64,000 nucleotides of DNA, from positions 228,904,001 to 228,968,000 of the forward strand of contig OZ024741.1 in the NCBI GenBank assembly GCA_964016885.1. Reading direction: 5' to 3'. Positions 44,058-58,981 of this stretch are shown one piece after another. A program made the position numbers and the translations under genes. The DNA is from Eledone cirrhosa (Eukaryota). The first letter of the stretch is position 1; each line of letters begins with the position of its first letter. The notes under the pieces were generated by a model, which saw nothing but the letters and a program-made list of their open reading frames with translations, searched no databases and had not been told where the DNA came from.

Positions 44058-44848
44058 CACACACACTAGGGACCCATTAGCCTCATTTTTAAGTTGATTG
44101 TTTTGTTATTCTTAGATTTTAACCATCTCAAAAGTAATCTTTTATCTGTCTATTGTATGAATAATCTCAGTGTATGTTGCAAGAAAACAGCATAAACAAC
44201 AACATCATCATTATCAACAACAACAAACGTCCTTCGATATCGTTCCTTGCCCTGCTAAAATCTAATCTAATCATCTTCTAATCAGGCCGAGTTTGCACTC
44301 GCAGATGTGAACTAGCCGCCCCCCCTCTCTCCCACTCACCCAAAATGGATGGGAGATCTCCTCGTCGGACGGGGAGAGTTGACAGGTCTGATATTGAATA
44401 ATGGAATACTAAAAATGTCCCTAAAACAAATGGAGTGGGCATGGCAGGAATACCGTTGATCATAGGTCTGGTGTATGTCAGGGTTGAACTGGAGCTATGC
44501 ATCAACAACAACAACAACAACAACAACAACAGTGTAATTGCTTTGATACATAATTAATCACATCGACACGTATTCACGTTGAAAGACAAACATTGATTAA
44601 TAGGAGACCAGAGTACTGGACAAACAGACGTAAGGACAGATAGACAAACTGACAGACAGTCGGACAATTACACAGACAGACAAACATGCCTGCAGACGTA
44701 CAGACGGATATGTATGCAATAGTGCACAGCATGCAACATTCAATTGTATCAAGCATTAGTTCCGTAGTTCAAAAATACTTGCAGTGTAAACAATAGGTAT
44801 GAGTGCGAATGTACAACATATACATATGGGAGGTTGTGTGTGTATGAG

Positions 44849-44880
<32 letters not shown>

Positions 44881-44884
44881 TACG

Positions 44885-45064
<180 letters not shown>

Positions 45065-45117
45065 TACGTATATATATATATATATATACACACATACGTA
45101 TATATATATATATATAT

Positions 45118-45170
<53 letters not shown>

Positions 45171-45736
45171 ACAATGCGTATATATATATATATATACGTA
45201 TTGTTGTACTTGGGGAGGGTCATATTGTTGTAATAATATTGCCAGAAATAAGAACAGAACATACTCACTGTTTGGTTGGTTTTCGCTTCTGTATTCTATC
45301 TTAGTTTACTAGTGTGTGTTTATGTGTTTGTTGTTATTGTGCTTGTGTATATATTTTATTTATTTATTTATTTACTTATATTTCTCTTAGGTCAGTATTG
45401 TTTGTTTGGGTGTTGTTGTTATTCCATTCATTTCTTTCTGTTTAGCTTTGGCCTTCTAAGCTCTATTTCGCTTGCCTCTCTGATTTGCAATATTCGTTGT
45501 GGCTCTTTTCTCTGGCCGAGGTCAACTTTGACATTCATCGATTCAAGATCGATAAAAAAAATACAAATCTAGGACTAGGGTCGAACTTCCTCTCTATCTC
45601 TTTATCACTTCCTTTCTCTCACTCTCTATCCTTCTCTGGGAGGAGATGGGCTCCATCATGTTTTTAAATGCTCTAGAAACGATGTATGTCAATGCGGTGC
45701 TCCGATGACGCCCTCATGAGTTTCGGGGTCATACAT

Positions 45737-46342
45737 GGTGGCTGCCAACCCGTTTTCGAGTACGGCCACTACTTTATATCCATGTAGGAGAACCCCCACC
45801 GATGCGCCGAACGAGTGTGACTTTTTAGTCCAGCCAGCGACTTGAAAACTCTGGTATACACACTACACTTGTGACAATCATTGATACAGTGCTGGGCCCA
45901 TGGTACCATGCGACGACAAGTGCAGAGAGATCTCCAGATATAAAGCAATGCCTGTGTAGTGAAGTTTTTATAGTGAGCAAAGGCACTGCACAAAGCCAGT
46001 CCCACTCTCTTAACCAAGATGACATTTACCAAAAAGAAGAACAAGTCAACATCATTGGATACCATCAGGGTTGCAGGTGTTATATCAGAGTTTTCCTTCT
46101 CCTAGAATTCTGCCTTGACAAAGGCTAAGAGGTCATCTCTCCCGGTGATTTTGGATGGCCATTGACTCTTAAGAGCTCCTTTGCCCTTTGACAGGTTTTG
46201 ATTTTAGTCCTGCAGGATGTCCAAAGTCACCCTCCTCACCAAGAAACCTTGGTGGTGTTGCCAGTTTAGTCGCCAACGACACGACCATGAGACAGGTTGT
46301 ACTGGGGTTCATGTTATCAGTAGCACCAACTGGTGACCTGAC
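45737..46342 (+). mobile_element. Family C repeat
   Basis: ggtggctgcc...ggtgacctgac, preceded by catacat and followed by (ATAC)n. Confidence 0.85.
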
Positions 46343-46386
46343 ATACATACATACATACATACATACATACATACATACATACATAC

Positions 46387-47640
46387 ACAATTCTAACGCC
46401 AACATTTGGCCTGCTGAACTGGTCATTGAAAGAACTAAGTGAGATGGATGTTAGAACTCGCAAACGTCTCAGTGTTACTGAGAACCATCAATGGTGATGT
46501 GGATAGGCTATACTTCTCACGCAAGGAAGGTGGCCGGGGTCTAAAATCAATATTAACAACATATGAGACCCGGATAGTAACACTGAAGCAACACCTTCAA
46601 CAGAGGAAAAAGGTTGGCAACCATCTTGCCCAGGTTTATGAGCATGAAAAAAAAAATATCATTAGAATAGCGACTGATTTGGAGGAGAGATATGGAATAA
46701 AGCCTGATATACATCTCTCATCGAGAGAAATCGGAAGATCCTATTCAACGTTCAAACATGATAAACAAATTGACTAATTTACAGAAAAAGTTGTGCATGG
46801 ATACTTGAGACGTAAAACACAGACCTTAGAGGGATAAACCACTCAAAAAGCCTGGCATGGAGTTCCGAAAAGTTTATGACATCACACCTTGAGGGATATC
46901 TCTATGCAATACAGGAACAAAAACTCCCTACTAAATATCTGCTGCACAAAAGAGGAGGGCCAGCAGCTGACCATAAATGAAGGCTATGTAAAACAAAGAT
47001 CGAGGATGTAAGCCACAGTGTTGCCAGCTGCGAAAGAATGTCATCTCGCTACTACCTCCCATGAGACACGATGAGATAGCTAGAACCATCTGGAACGCAC
47101 TTCGGAAAACAAAATTAACAACAAACGAGGAAGAATATATTGAGACAGATGGCACTAAGGAATACTGGTGGAACCTGAAAATAATAACTGCCACCAAATT
47201 AAAGCACAACCGGCCTGATATTGTTGTTTGGGACCACACATTGAAAACGCGTTCTGTTGTGGAGATCAGCTGCCCACTTGATGTAAACGTTGACAGAAAA
47301 ATATAGGAGAAGGAGGACATCTACGGACCATTGATGAGGAGTTTACAAATCCAGTATCCAAGATACACCTTTAGCTTCATACCCATCATTATTGGAGCTA
47401 CGGGTTATATACCAACCCGCTTGGACTAAGGTATGACTGAACTTGGATTTTCGGACAAAAAGCGCAGCTCCCTAATTCATAGTCTACAAATGGCTGCGAT
47501 ATCTGGCACCTTCAAAATGTGCAAAACATTCTTGCGATTCAAGGGATGACAATTTCTTTTCTTTTACAACCTTGCCACCAGGAAGGTGGCCGGTCAAAAA
47601 AAAATATACTCGAAATTAAGAGAAAGAGATAACGCAGATA
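46387..47640 (+). mobile_element. 5'-truncated R4/Dong-like RLE LINE
   Basis: DVDRLYFSRKEGGRGL, RHDEIAR, HNRPDIVVWD...VEISCP restriction-like endonuclease; ends in gatacatacatac. Confidence 0.88.
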
Positions 47641-48032
47641 CATACATACTACTATCCAGTCAACGCGATCAGTCGCATATTTTGGCGTGGGAGACTATTT
47701 ATTAAATTTAAGATGAATACTATCCCCGACAGTAATGCCACAACTACAGTTATGTTGAATAACTGGTTATTCTTCTAACTATATCTTCTGAAGACACCTT
47801 TTATTCGAATTCGTAGAGATATCCGACTAAATATATAATTCATTTTACAAGGATTTGCTACAAACAGCCTGGCTGAACACAACATCAACAACAAAATTAA
47901 GGAAGTATGGAAGACAAAAAACAAGAAAGCTAAACAAACTTTATTCGGTTGTAGCTACAGAAGAAACCGAAATTGTAAATCGATTTCTCTTGGAGTTGCG
48001 AACTTATTAATGATTTATTTAATTGTTATAAA

Positions 48033-50062
48033 ATGGCAAAAAACAATCCCTCCATTGGCTATATGAACAGAATGAAGCTACACTGGGACGAAATGCACCC
48101 AGAGCTAAATTATTTCACAGCGAAACAATTACGCCAACAAGCGACGTTTGTTGAACGTAAAAATAAGATAAGTAGTATTAATTGTAAGTCCCCCACAACA
48201 AACATGGGATCAACAACACGTGCTACAAGTCGCCATGCTACTAGACTTCCTAGCAGCCAGGTCGAACAGCGCCTTGAAACAAATATGCCTGTAAGAAACT
48301 TGACACCACCTGTACCATCTAAGTCTACCTTGAATGCTGGGGAAAACACTATCGATAATAATAATAACTGAATAAATAATAATAATGGTTTCTACTTTAG
48401 GCACAAGGCCAGCAAATAACCAGTGCATTACTGGTACTTTATTTTATCGACCCCGTAAGGATGAAAGGCAAAGTCAACCTCGGCGGGATTTGAACTCAGA
48501 TCGTAAAGGGACGTAACTATGCTGGAAAGCATGGCATCCGACCCTCTACTGATACTGCCAATCCGCCGCCCTGAAGAAATAATAATAATAATCGAAGAAA
48601 TTTGACACCACGTGTACCGTCCGAGTCTACCTCGACTGTTGTGGAAAATACTATCGATAATGATAATAATTGTTTCTAATTTTGGCACAAGGCCAGCAAT
48701 TACTCAGTACATTACTGGTACTTTATTTTATCATCGATAATAATTAAAAGTATAAACAATTGAAAATTTCCCTCAACGAAATCTTCCAGAGAGAAATTAA
48801 TTCATGTAAATATCTCTCTTGCTGAACGTATTAAAACGACTATGTTTAATAAAAAAAAAAATAACAAATAATGAAATATTACGTGTTATTGACGAAATAG
48901 GGGATGAATATTTACGACACATTTTGGCAAATTAACGCCTGTTTATATGCCTTGGCAACGACAGTGAAGCATTATCTTGCTGATAGCAGAGATATTAACA
49001 AGAACAGAACACCACCAAAAAAACATCATATATAACTAAAATAGAAAAAAAGATTGGTGACTTACGAAAAACCATAGGATATGTGACAATGCTCCTTACA
49101 TGCAAACAAACACGAAAAAACCCCACTCCTCACCAACAAAGAGTAAAAATATAATAGAGACGATGTTTGGTAACAGTAGAACCAGAACTCTCCAATATAA
49201 GCTGATCATCCTCAAACAAGAATTGAGAGCTGTTAGCGAAAAACGCCGATACCTGAAGGTAGAGAGAAAAGAGCTTAATAAAAGATTCAGACGAAACCAA
49301 ACATCAGTCTATAGAGATATGAAGAACAAAATAATAAGTGTCACTGAGGCCCCATCCCAGAAAGACATATATTCCTTTTGGAGAAAAATATGGGGTGAAA
49401 AGAAGAATATCAACCAAGATGCAGTGTGGCTAAGAGAAATCCGAAAGAACTATTGCTCCTACACTACAACAAAAACATACGAAATAAGTGAGGGTACCCT
49501 TGAGACTGTGATAGGAAAACTCCAAGATAAGAAAGCACCGGGAAGAGACATGATTGTCGGCTACTGGTACCAAAAACTGATATTCTATCGGAGGTACTGA
49601 CCTCTACCAACAAGTTCTTAAGGGAGATACACTTATACCAGAATGGTTGACCTTAGCACAAGCATTACTGGTCCCCAAGAACAAAGACACCCACTTGGCA
49701 AAAAACTACCGACCCATTACATGCCTGAACCTGATGTATAAGATGTATACAGCCTGCCTGAACCTAATCCTCCAGGATCACTGTGAAAATAATAACATCA
49801 TCACAGATGAACAAGCAGCTGGAAAGAAAGGGGTCTGGGATGTGCTGAACAACTCCTAATCAACAAAAAGGCGATGTCAGAGGTGCGACAACTTAGGAGG
49901 AATATGACTACAGTCTGGCTGGACTACAAGAAAGCTTTCGATTCTGTTACCCTCTCTTGGTTGATAGAGGCCCTCCAACTTGCTAAAGTCCCAGACATTA
50001 TTGTCAGAGCCATAGAGAGGCTGTCTTTTTCTTGGGCTACTATCCTAAGGATAAAGACATAA
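48033..50062 (+). mobile_element. R4/Dong-like LINE N-terminal and RT fragments, degenerate; SINE B inserted at 48385-48570
   Basis: KKAPGRD, NYRPITCLN..YK, DEQAAG, WLDYKKAFDSV. Confidence 0.85.
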
Positions 50063-50094
50063 TGTGATTTATTTAAATTCGCTTTTCATTTGGA

Positions 50095-50566
50095 AAACAA
50101 ATAGCGAAAAGGAGAATATTTATGCAGAACTGATGAGAAATCTGCAGACACTCCACCCTGATTACACCTTCAGATTTATGCCTGAGATTAATCGGGGCAC
50201 TGGTGTATGTTAGTAACTGCCTCAATATAAATCTTGAGAAGCTAGGCTTCACAAGTACAGAAAGAACACAACTAGTTAGGAAATTACAAGTAAAATCCAT
50301 TAATGGAACAGCCAAAATATGTAAAACATTCCAAAAATGTTGCATCTAATACTGCATATACACATATACAGATACAAAGCATATACACATGCACACATAC
50401 AAATCAAAACATCCACATCCACACATACAATTACATCCATATCTACACCTGCATGCATAATCTTCCTAGTTGATGTTGTGTAAATTCCAATGAGAGTCTT
50501 GTGTCTATGTTAGAAACCGACTCTCTCTTTTGGGAAACAATTTGTGAAATTATAAAACCAGAAGAA
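50095..50566 (+). mobile_element. R4/Dong-like 3' end with (ACAT)n tail
   Basis: Near-identical to 52070-52530. Confidence 0.8.
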
Positions 50567-50596
50567 CATACATACATACATACATACATACATACA

Positions 50597-50627
<31 letters not shown>

Positions 50628-50714
50628 TTATTATTCATGGTTTTAGAAATACATCTATATTTTATTTTCTTAAACCAAAAAGCAGGAAAACAAACAAAAT
50701 TTATTTACTGTTAT

Positions 50715-51130
50715 GGATTGGCAGATTCGGTAGAGCGTCGGACAACATGCTTAGTGGTATTTAGTTACTCCTCTTTGCGTTCTGAGTTCAAATCCCTCTA
50801 AGGTTATCTTTACCTTTCATCCTTATGGGCTCGATAAAACCAGTTTTGCACTGGGGTCGATTTAATCGACTTTCCCTTTCCCCAAAAATTGTTGGTCTTG
50901 TGCCTAAGTCAGAAATTATTATTACTACAATGAGGGCAGTGGATTAGCAGTATCAGCACAGAGTTACGGTCCTTTACGTTCCGAATTCAAATATAACCTA
51001 TGTTAGCTTTGCCTTTCATCCTTACGGGGTCGATAAAATGTAGTACCAGTAATGCACTGGAGTCGATTTAATCGACTTTCCCTTCCCTTCAAATTGCTAG
51101 CCTTGTGCCAAACGTAGAAACAATTATTAG
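50715..51130 (+). mobile_element. Two older SINE B copies in tandem
   Basis: Diverged consensus matches at 50715-50925 and 50934-51130. Confidence 0.75.
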
Positions 51131-51469
51131 TACAATGGCGGTGGATTGACAGCATTGGATGAGTGACAAACGTACAATGTTTCTATTTTTTAAATGCCTT
51201 AATTGCGAACAGGGTTTTAAACATTGGTGTCGGAGATTGCACCAAAAATCGATTACAAAAACAAGTACGTATTTTTTCGATCGCAGGAGAATAAAGAGTA
51301 AATCAATCGGAACAGGATTTGAACTGAAATGTAAACGGATGAAACTAAATCCTGGATAGCATTATGTCCGCACTTGTCTCCGGACTGGAACTACGTATTA
51401 GGAAATATTAAGTGGAAATTTCCTACTGAATGAACCAGTTGCAAATGTCAGTATACGAGTGTGTGTTTA

Positions 51470-51530
<61 letters not shown>

Positions 51531-51599
51531 TTGTGGATTTATGGCGTAGGCAAAAATTAGTTTAATAATTAGTAATATAGATAAGGAAAGTAGTCTAGA

Positions 51600-52530
51600 C
51601 AACCGCTATATTGGCTCCTACTTTGAAGGATACGCTTTTGCAATCCAAGAACAGGAAATTAATACGAAATACCTGATTCACAAAAGAGATAGGGATGCAG
51701 GCAAAAGACCTAGATGTGATAACAAGTGCAGACTCTGCAGAACTAACACCGAAGATATGACCCATGTTATCAGCAGCTGTCCAAAGATGTCATCGTGGTA
51801 CTATCTACCTATGAGGCATGATGTAGTGGCCAAAACACTGTACAATGTACGTAGAAAAGATAGCCCCGATAATAAACACATTAAAAGCTACAGCAATGTG
51901 GAAGAGATCCATGTACATAAGATGAAAGAGTACTGGTGAAATGTTCCACTAAAAACCCCAATAAAATGCAGGCATAACAGACCAGATATTATGATATGGG
52001 ACAGGGAGAAGAAAGCATGCACAGTAGTGGAAATTAGCTGCCCAGCAGATACCAATATAATATCAAAGATTAGCGAAAAGGAAAATATTTATGCAGAACT
52101 GATGAGAAATCTGCAGATACTCCAGATGTATGCCTGATATTATTGGGGCACTGGGATATGTTAGTAACTGCCTCAATACAAATCTTGAGAAGCTGGGCTT
52201 CACAGGAACAGAAAGAACACAACTAGTTATGAAATTACAAGTACAATCCATTAATAGAACAGCAAAAATATGTAAAACATTCCAGAAATGTTGCATCTAA
52301 TATTGCATATACACATGTACAGATACAAAGCATATACACATGCACACATACAACTCAAAATATATACATCCACACATACAATAGCATCCATATCTACACA
52401 TGCATGCACGCATACATAATCTACCTAGTTGATGTTGTGTAAATTCCAATGAGAGAATCTTGTGTCTATTTTAGAAACCGACTCTCTCTCTCTATTGGGA
52501 AAAAATTTGTGAAATTATAAAACCATAAGA
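51600..52530 (+). mobile_element. 5'-truncated R4/Dong-like LINE (CCHC + RLE)
   Basis: EGYAFAIQEQEI, CRLC...HVISSC, RHDVVAK, HNRPDIMIWD, VEISCP; (ACAT)n tail. Confidence 0.9.
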
Positions 52531-52546
52531 ACATACATACATACAT

Positions 52547-53150
52547 GGTGGCTGCTAACTCATTTTCGAGTACGGCCACTACTTTATATGCATGTTAAAA
52601 CCCCTACCGATGCGCTGAACAAGTGTGACTTTTTAGTTCAGCCAGCGACTTGAAAACTCTCGTACAAACACTACACTTGTGACAATTATTGACACATAGT
52701 GCTGGGCCCATGGTACCATGTGATGACAAGTGCAGGGAGATCTCCAGATATAAAGCAATGCCTGTGCCGTGAAGCTTTTATAGTGAGCAAAAGCACTTCA
52801 CAAAGCCAGTCCCACTCTCTTAACCAAGATGATATTTACCAAAAAGTAGAACAAGTCAACATCATTGGATACCATCAGGGTTGCAAGTGTTATATCAGAG
52901 TTTTCCTTCTCCTAGAATTCTGCCTTGACAAAGGCAAAGGGGTCATCTCTCCCGGTGATTCTGGATGGCCATTGACTCTTAAGAGCTCCTTTGCCCTTTG
53001 ACAGGTTTTTTTTTTAGTCCTGCAGGATGTCCAGTCTCCCTCCTCACCAAGAAACCTTGGTGGGATTGGCAGTTTAGTCGCCAACGACCCGACCATGAGA
53101 CAGGCTGTACTGGGATACATGTTACCAGTAACACCAACTGGTGACCTGAC
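52547..53150 (+). mobile_element. Family C repeat inside (ACAT)n
   Basis: (ACAT)n on both sides; fragments also at 10360-10469 and 58017-58242. Confidence 0.85.
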
Positions 53151-53273
53151 ATACATACATACATACATACATACATACATACATACATACATACATACAT
53201 ACATACATACATACATACATACATACATACATACATACATACATACATACATACATACATACATACATACAAA

Positions 53274-53543
53274 GTCTGTCTTGAGCCAGAAGGCTCATCC
53301 GGCTGGTGCCTATCCCAGTTTCATGGCGTTAAGCAGCTGAGCGTACAAGACTCCTCCCTGGACAGGACGCCAGTCCATCACAGCGTTAAATCCCCAGCAA
53401 TTGCTGGTACTCATTTTCAGCTGAGTAAACTGAAGCAATGTAATGAGGTGTTTTACTCAAGAATGCAACAAGCAGCCCAGGAATCGAACCGACGGCACTA
53501 TTATCGTAAGGCCAACACCCTTACCACTAGGCCACGCGTCTCC
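53274..53543 (-). mobile_element. tRNA-derived SINE with V-SINE-like core
   Basis: Minus strand: A box tggcctagtgg, B box ggttcgattcc, gatggactggcgtcctgtccaggg core. Confidence 0.75.
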
Positions 53544-53881
53544 ACTACATACATTACCTATTTCCCGGCGTCGAAGACGCTACTTTTTCCCTAAAATAAT
53601 TCTAAAAAAATATACGATGCGTCCTGCAGGCCCAAGGTTGTTTTTTATATTTTTTTCTAATTTTTGGTTGTCAAAATTAGGATGCGTCCTCGAGGAAGAA
53701 GCGTTTTCGGTAACGCTCCAAAATTCGTTAATATAGTTTCTCGAACAACACAATGGAGTTTGGAGCCCTAAATCTACTAATTTTTATGTAAAAATAAATA
53801 ATGACAATATCTAGCTGTAAAAAAATCTTGATTGCAGCTCAACCAATCATTAATGCTCATGTTATGTTGTTCTTATTGCAG

Positions 53882-53965
53882 TTTATGCTATGAACCAAAT
53901 CAGTTCAGTACGTGGATGGAGAAATTCAACCAATCAGCGAAAAGGATTAGCAAACCAGCAGACAG
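53882..53965 (+). other. Candidate 84-nt internal exon of a host gene
   Basis: tgttcttattgcAG acceptor, ag|GTATGT donor, length divisible by 3, two open frames. Confidence 0.35.
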
Positions 53966-54015
53966 GTATGTGAAGCTAAACTAATGTTTTTATGATTTTT
54001 AAATAACTGAACATA

Positions 54016-54280
54016 ATGATGGTGGTGATGATGGTGATCATGATGATTATGATGGTGGTGATGATGATGATGATGATGATGATGATGTTGATTATGATGA
54101 TAATGATGTTGAATGTTGATGATGATGATGTTGATGATGATGATGATGATGATGATGATGTTGATGATGATGATGGTGGTGATGATGGTGATGATGATGT
54201 TGATGATGATGATGGTGGTGATGATGGTGATTATGATGATGATGATGTTGATGATGATGTTGATGATATTGATGATAATC
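54016..54280. repeat. (GAT)n-like low-complexity tract
   Basis: Visible directly in the sequence; a similar tract lies at 19470-19720. Confidence 0.9.
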
Positions 54281-54316
54281 CTATATAATGGTTTTTAACG
54301 TAAAATAAAATTATGA

Positions 54317-54500
54317 TTGGCAGTACCGGTAGGGTGTCGGACGCGATGCTTTGCAGCATAGAGTTACGACCCTTTATGATCAGAGTTCAAATCCCGCCGA
54401 GGTAAACTTTGCCTTTCGTCCTTAAGAGGTCGATAAAATAAAGTACCAGTAATGAACTGGGGTGATTGCTTGCCTTGTGCCAAAAGAAGAAACAATTATT
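54317..54500 (+). mobile_element. SINE family B
   Basis: Consensus match; another copy at 58642-58830. Confidence 0.85.
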
Positions 54501-56443
54501 AGAATCTCCAGCTGCTGTATCAATATGAACCACTTACAACAACATTTCGCCGGAGATAGATTAGCAACAATTTAATAAACTGGTGGTGGGTGGTATAAAA
54601 GCGGAGGGGTGGTGGAAAATTCTGGAAAATTAATAAACGGTGCGGGGTGGAGCCGATTATTCAAGACCTGAGGGTACCTGTCAAGTACTACGATCAGTAT
54701 ATTTGACGATACACCGTATTTGAGGTCGTGTGTTTATGTTAAAAGAAAACTGGTTTTATTTTTTTTAAAAAAATGGAAAAGAAAAAGGAATCTAGTAAGC
54801 CAGAGTCTCTGCAGGAAGAGGAAGGCGCAGTACCACAGAGTTATTGTGAGGTGTAGAAACTGAGTGAAGAATATGGATAAGGCGTGTCTTCCTGTTAGCA
54901 CTACTGAGAAGAAAGAGGGCTGTTTCGGAAAGGCGGATGTTTTCGAAAGGTGTGTGTTTGTAAAGTGTGTGTATGTGTTTGTGTATAGTACATGTGTATG
55001 TAAAGTGTGTGTTTGTGTTTGTGTATAGTACATGTGTATGTAAAGTGTGTGTATGTGTATGTGTTTGTGTATAGAGCATGTGTATGTAAAGTGTGTGTAG
55101 TGTTGTGTGTGTTTCTATGTGTGGTTGGTTATGTGTGTAGTGTTGTGTGCGCGTGTGTTTGTATGTGGGGGTTGTGTGTGTGTGTGTGTAGGGGGGGGGG
55201 TTGTGTCTGTGTGTTTATGTGTGTAGTGTTGTGTTTGTGTGTGTAGGTTTGTGAGTGTGTGTATGTGTGTAGTGTTGTGTGTGTATACTAGTATGCTTAT
55301 GCTAGTGTTGTTGTTGTAGTATGCCTGTGTTTGTGTTATTGTTGTTGTTGTTGTTGTGTGTGTACTTGTATGCCTGTGGTGGCATTGTTATTGTTGCTGT
55401 TCGTGTGTGTGGGTGTGTGTGTATTTGTGTGTATTTGTGTGTGTAGCGTTGTGTGATGTGCATATGTGCAGTATGTATATGTATATGCATGTGCATGTAC
55501 GTATGTCGGTTTAAGTGTATATTTATGTGTCTGTATTCCTTAGTGTATGAGTATATTTGTGTGTAAGCTTGTGTCTATAGTATATGTACGTGAACGTATG
55601 AGTGTGTCCATGCGTATGTATACATATATCTGTGGGAGTGTGTGGGAGTGTGTGTGTATGTATGTATTTATGTGTGAGTGTGTGTGTGTGTGTGTGTACG
55701 TGCATGCATAGGTAAGTGTAAATAACCGTAACTCTCTCCTGGCAAGCACGTATAAAACCATTGCGTCTTGCGATGAGACAGCCCCAATGGGTGGTGCTTT
55801 CATGGATTGCTTATAAAGGAAGGAGAAAGGTGATGCAGAATAAGAAATGAAAGGGAGTTTAACAGAAAGACAGTTTAAAAAAAGAAAAAAAAGAAAGAAT
55901 AAGATAAGCTGAGAGAATAATTTTACCTCAATTTATGATTTTTTCTTTAAAGGCATTTGTATAATCCCCCCCTCTCTGTCTCTCTCTCTCCCTCTCTCTA
56001 TATATATATATATATATAGGTAAACGGAATAGAAAATGCTGACAAATTGTTCACAGTTGAAAAATGGTTTAATTAGGAATAAAAGAGTATTAGTGATTGT
56101 ATGGGTTAGTATTCAGTTGTGGTTTTAAGTTTTTAAGTTTTTATCGGTTGCGCATTTCTAAATGCTTTTCAAAAATAATTTTGAGATAGAGTGTCCGTGT
56201 TGTTTTCTCAGATCAGAGCAAACAACACGGACACTCTATCTCAAAATTATTTTTGAAAAGCATTTAGAAATGCGCAACCGGTAAAAACTTAAAAACTTAA
56301 AACCACAACTGAATACTAACCCATACAATCACTAATACCCTTTTATTCCTAATTAAACCATTTTTCAACTGTGAACAATTTGTCAGCATTTTCTATTCCG
56401 TTTACCAATATATAATAACTTGTGTGTTACACCTCTATTCTTT

Positions 56444-56480
<37 letters not shown>

Positions 56481-56740
56481 GGAAAATAGTAAAATCGAAT
56501 CTGTGGCGGTTTACAAGTAAATATGAAATGATGAGTTAGCAAAGCACTCGATAAGTTGGGGCCTTAGAGTAATAACATACGTTTAAATAGCTTGACAAAT
56601 CGAACATTGTGGTAGGCGAATCTAACACACAGTATATACCAAAGTAACGATAGAACTAATCAGGTTTCTATCGTTACTTTGGTATATATTGTGTGTTAGA
56701 TTCGCCTACCACAATGTTCGATTTGTCAAGCCATTTAAAC

Positions 56741-56791
<51 letters not shown>

Positions 56792-56819
56792 TGGTTACAC
56801 AACAGTTAGTTCACCATAC

Positions 56820-56857
56820 CGAGAACAATTGTTTCACCTTAGCGGATCCTCAGCTCG
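56820..56857 (-). ncRNA. Minimal type I hammerhead ribozyme (family H4)
   Basis: Minus strand: cgag CTGAGGA tccgctaaggt GAAA caattgtt ctcg; palindromic stem III ACAATTGT, GUU triplet. Confidence 0.65.
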
Positions 56858-57041
56858 TAATGGTCATGGTTATACGGAACAGGAAGGTCCTTCCTGTTCC
56901 GTATATCCATGAGCTAAAATCCGCTAAGGTGAAACAATTGTTCTCGGTATGGTGAACTAACTGTTGTGTTACCACTTCCACCTAACTCGTCCCATGGACT
57001 GAGTGCTCTACCACTACGGATATTACCTTCCAGTGTTCTAC

Positions 57042-57380
<339 letters not shown>

Positions 57381-57403
57381 TTTATCCCGGGTTAAATGTT
57401 CGG

Positions 57404-57440
<37 letters not shown>

Positions 57441-57445
<5 letters not shown>

Positions 57446-57994
57446 CCGAACATTTATTATAATGCTCGGTGTGTTTGTAAACAAACATCCCGTATTAAGC
57501 CCTAATGTCCAGCAACCATCGTTGCTCGTTTGTTCAACACTGACAAAGGAACGCTGTACTAGTTTCAAGCTTATTAGCTATCGTCAGCAACGTATACCCT
57601 CCTGCCAGATTGTTGAACGTATATACTTACCTTATGCATATTAACAGCTGAGTAGCCCAATTTGCATATCGAGTGGGTTAATCAGCCGGGTGCACCGAAA
57701 ACGATGAACGGAAAAAATGAAACGAAATTTCATTTCCCACTCTTAGTACGGCTGTTACTTAAATATAAGTATGTACACGTACATACATATATGTATACAG
57801 ATGTACAGTAGTATGTATATATATATACATACATGCACACATATATATATATGTACGTATGGATTCACCGAACATTTGTTATAATGCTCGGTGTGTTTGT
57901 AAACAAACATCCTTTATTAAGCCGTAGTGTCCAGCAACCATCGTTGCTCGTTTGTTCAACACTGACAAAGGAACGCTGTACTAGTTTCAAGCTT
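57441..57994 (-). mobile_element. H1 repeat, 1.3 tandem units (period 422 bp)
   Basis: attcaccgaac at 57441 and 57863; intact hammerhead at 57551-57593 (-). Confidence 0.85.
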
Positions 57995-58590
57995 ATATAT
58001 ATATATATATATATATGGTGGCTGCCAACTCGTTATCGAGTACGGCCAATACTTTTTATCCATGTAGGAGTACCCCTACCGATACGCTGAACGAGTGTGA
58101 ATTTTTAGACCAGCCAGTGACTTGAAAACTCTGGTACAAACACTACACTTGTGATAATTATTGACACATAGTGCTGGACCCATGGTAGCATGTGACGACA
58201 AGTGCAAAGAGATCTCCAGATATAAAGCAATGCCTGTGCCGTATTGTTATTTCTCTTTACCTTTTATATATATATATATATAATAATTTGTAGCGATATC
58301 CAAGGCAGAGAGCAACTCAAGCCCATGCTTCTGATTATATATATGTGTGTAAATATATATATATAATCGTAAGTTTGGGCTTGAGTTACACTATGCTCTG
58401 GATATTGCTACCAATTATTACTTCTACTATATATTACGTATATATATATATATATAACGAAGGAAATGTGGTAAGGAACCAGGTGGACCATAACGCACCA
58501 AAGTACTCAATACTTGAGGTAGTAGAGTGGGTAATAGGAACCAGTAAGACCCCGACAGCTGAGCTCAAGCCGTTTCGACGGCTAATTCTG

Positions 58591-58644
<54 letters not shown>

Positions 58645-58826
58645 GCGGTGCATTGGCAGTATCGGTAGAGGGTCGGACGCCATGCTTTGACGCATTGAGT
58701 TACGGTCCTTGCCATTCTGTTGAAATCACGCCGATGTTAACTTTGCCTTTCATCCTCACGGGGTCGATGAAATAAAGTACCAGTAAAGCACCGTGTGATT
58801 GTTGGCCTCGTGCCAAAAGTAGAAAC

Positions 58827-58894
<68 letters not shown>

Positions 58895-58924
58895 AAATGT
58901 GGAGAGAAAGCACACGAGTTAGGA

Positions 58925-58974
<50 letters not shown>

Positions 58975-58981
<7 letters not shown>

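Noticed and set aside
44340-44494. Minus-strand candidate exon with GTGAGT donor
   Set aside because: Weak acceptor within a (GTT)n tract and no recognisable peptide
54813-54949. AG...GT bounded purine-rich segment as a coding exon
   Set aside because: Stop codons in all three frames
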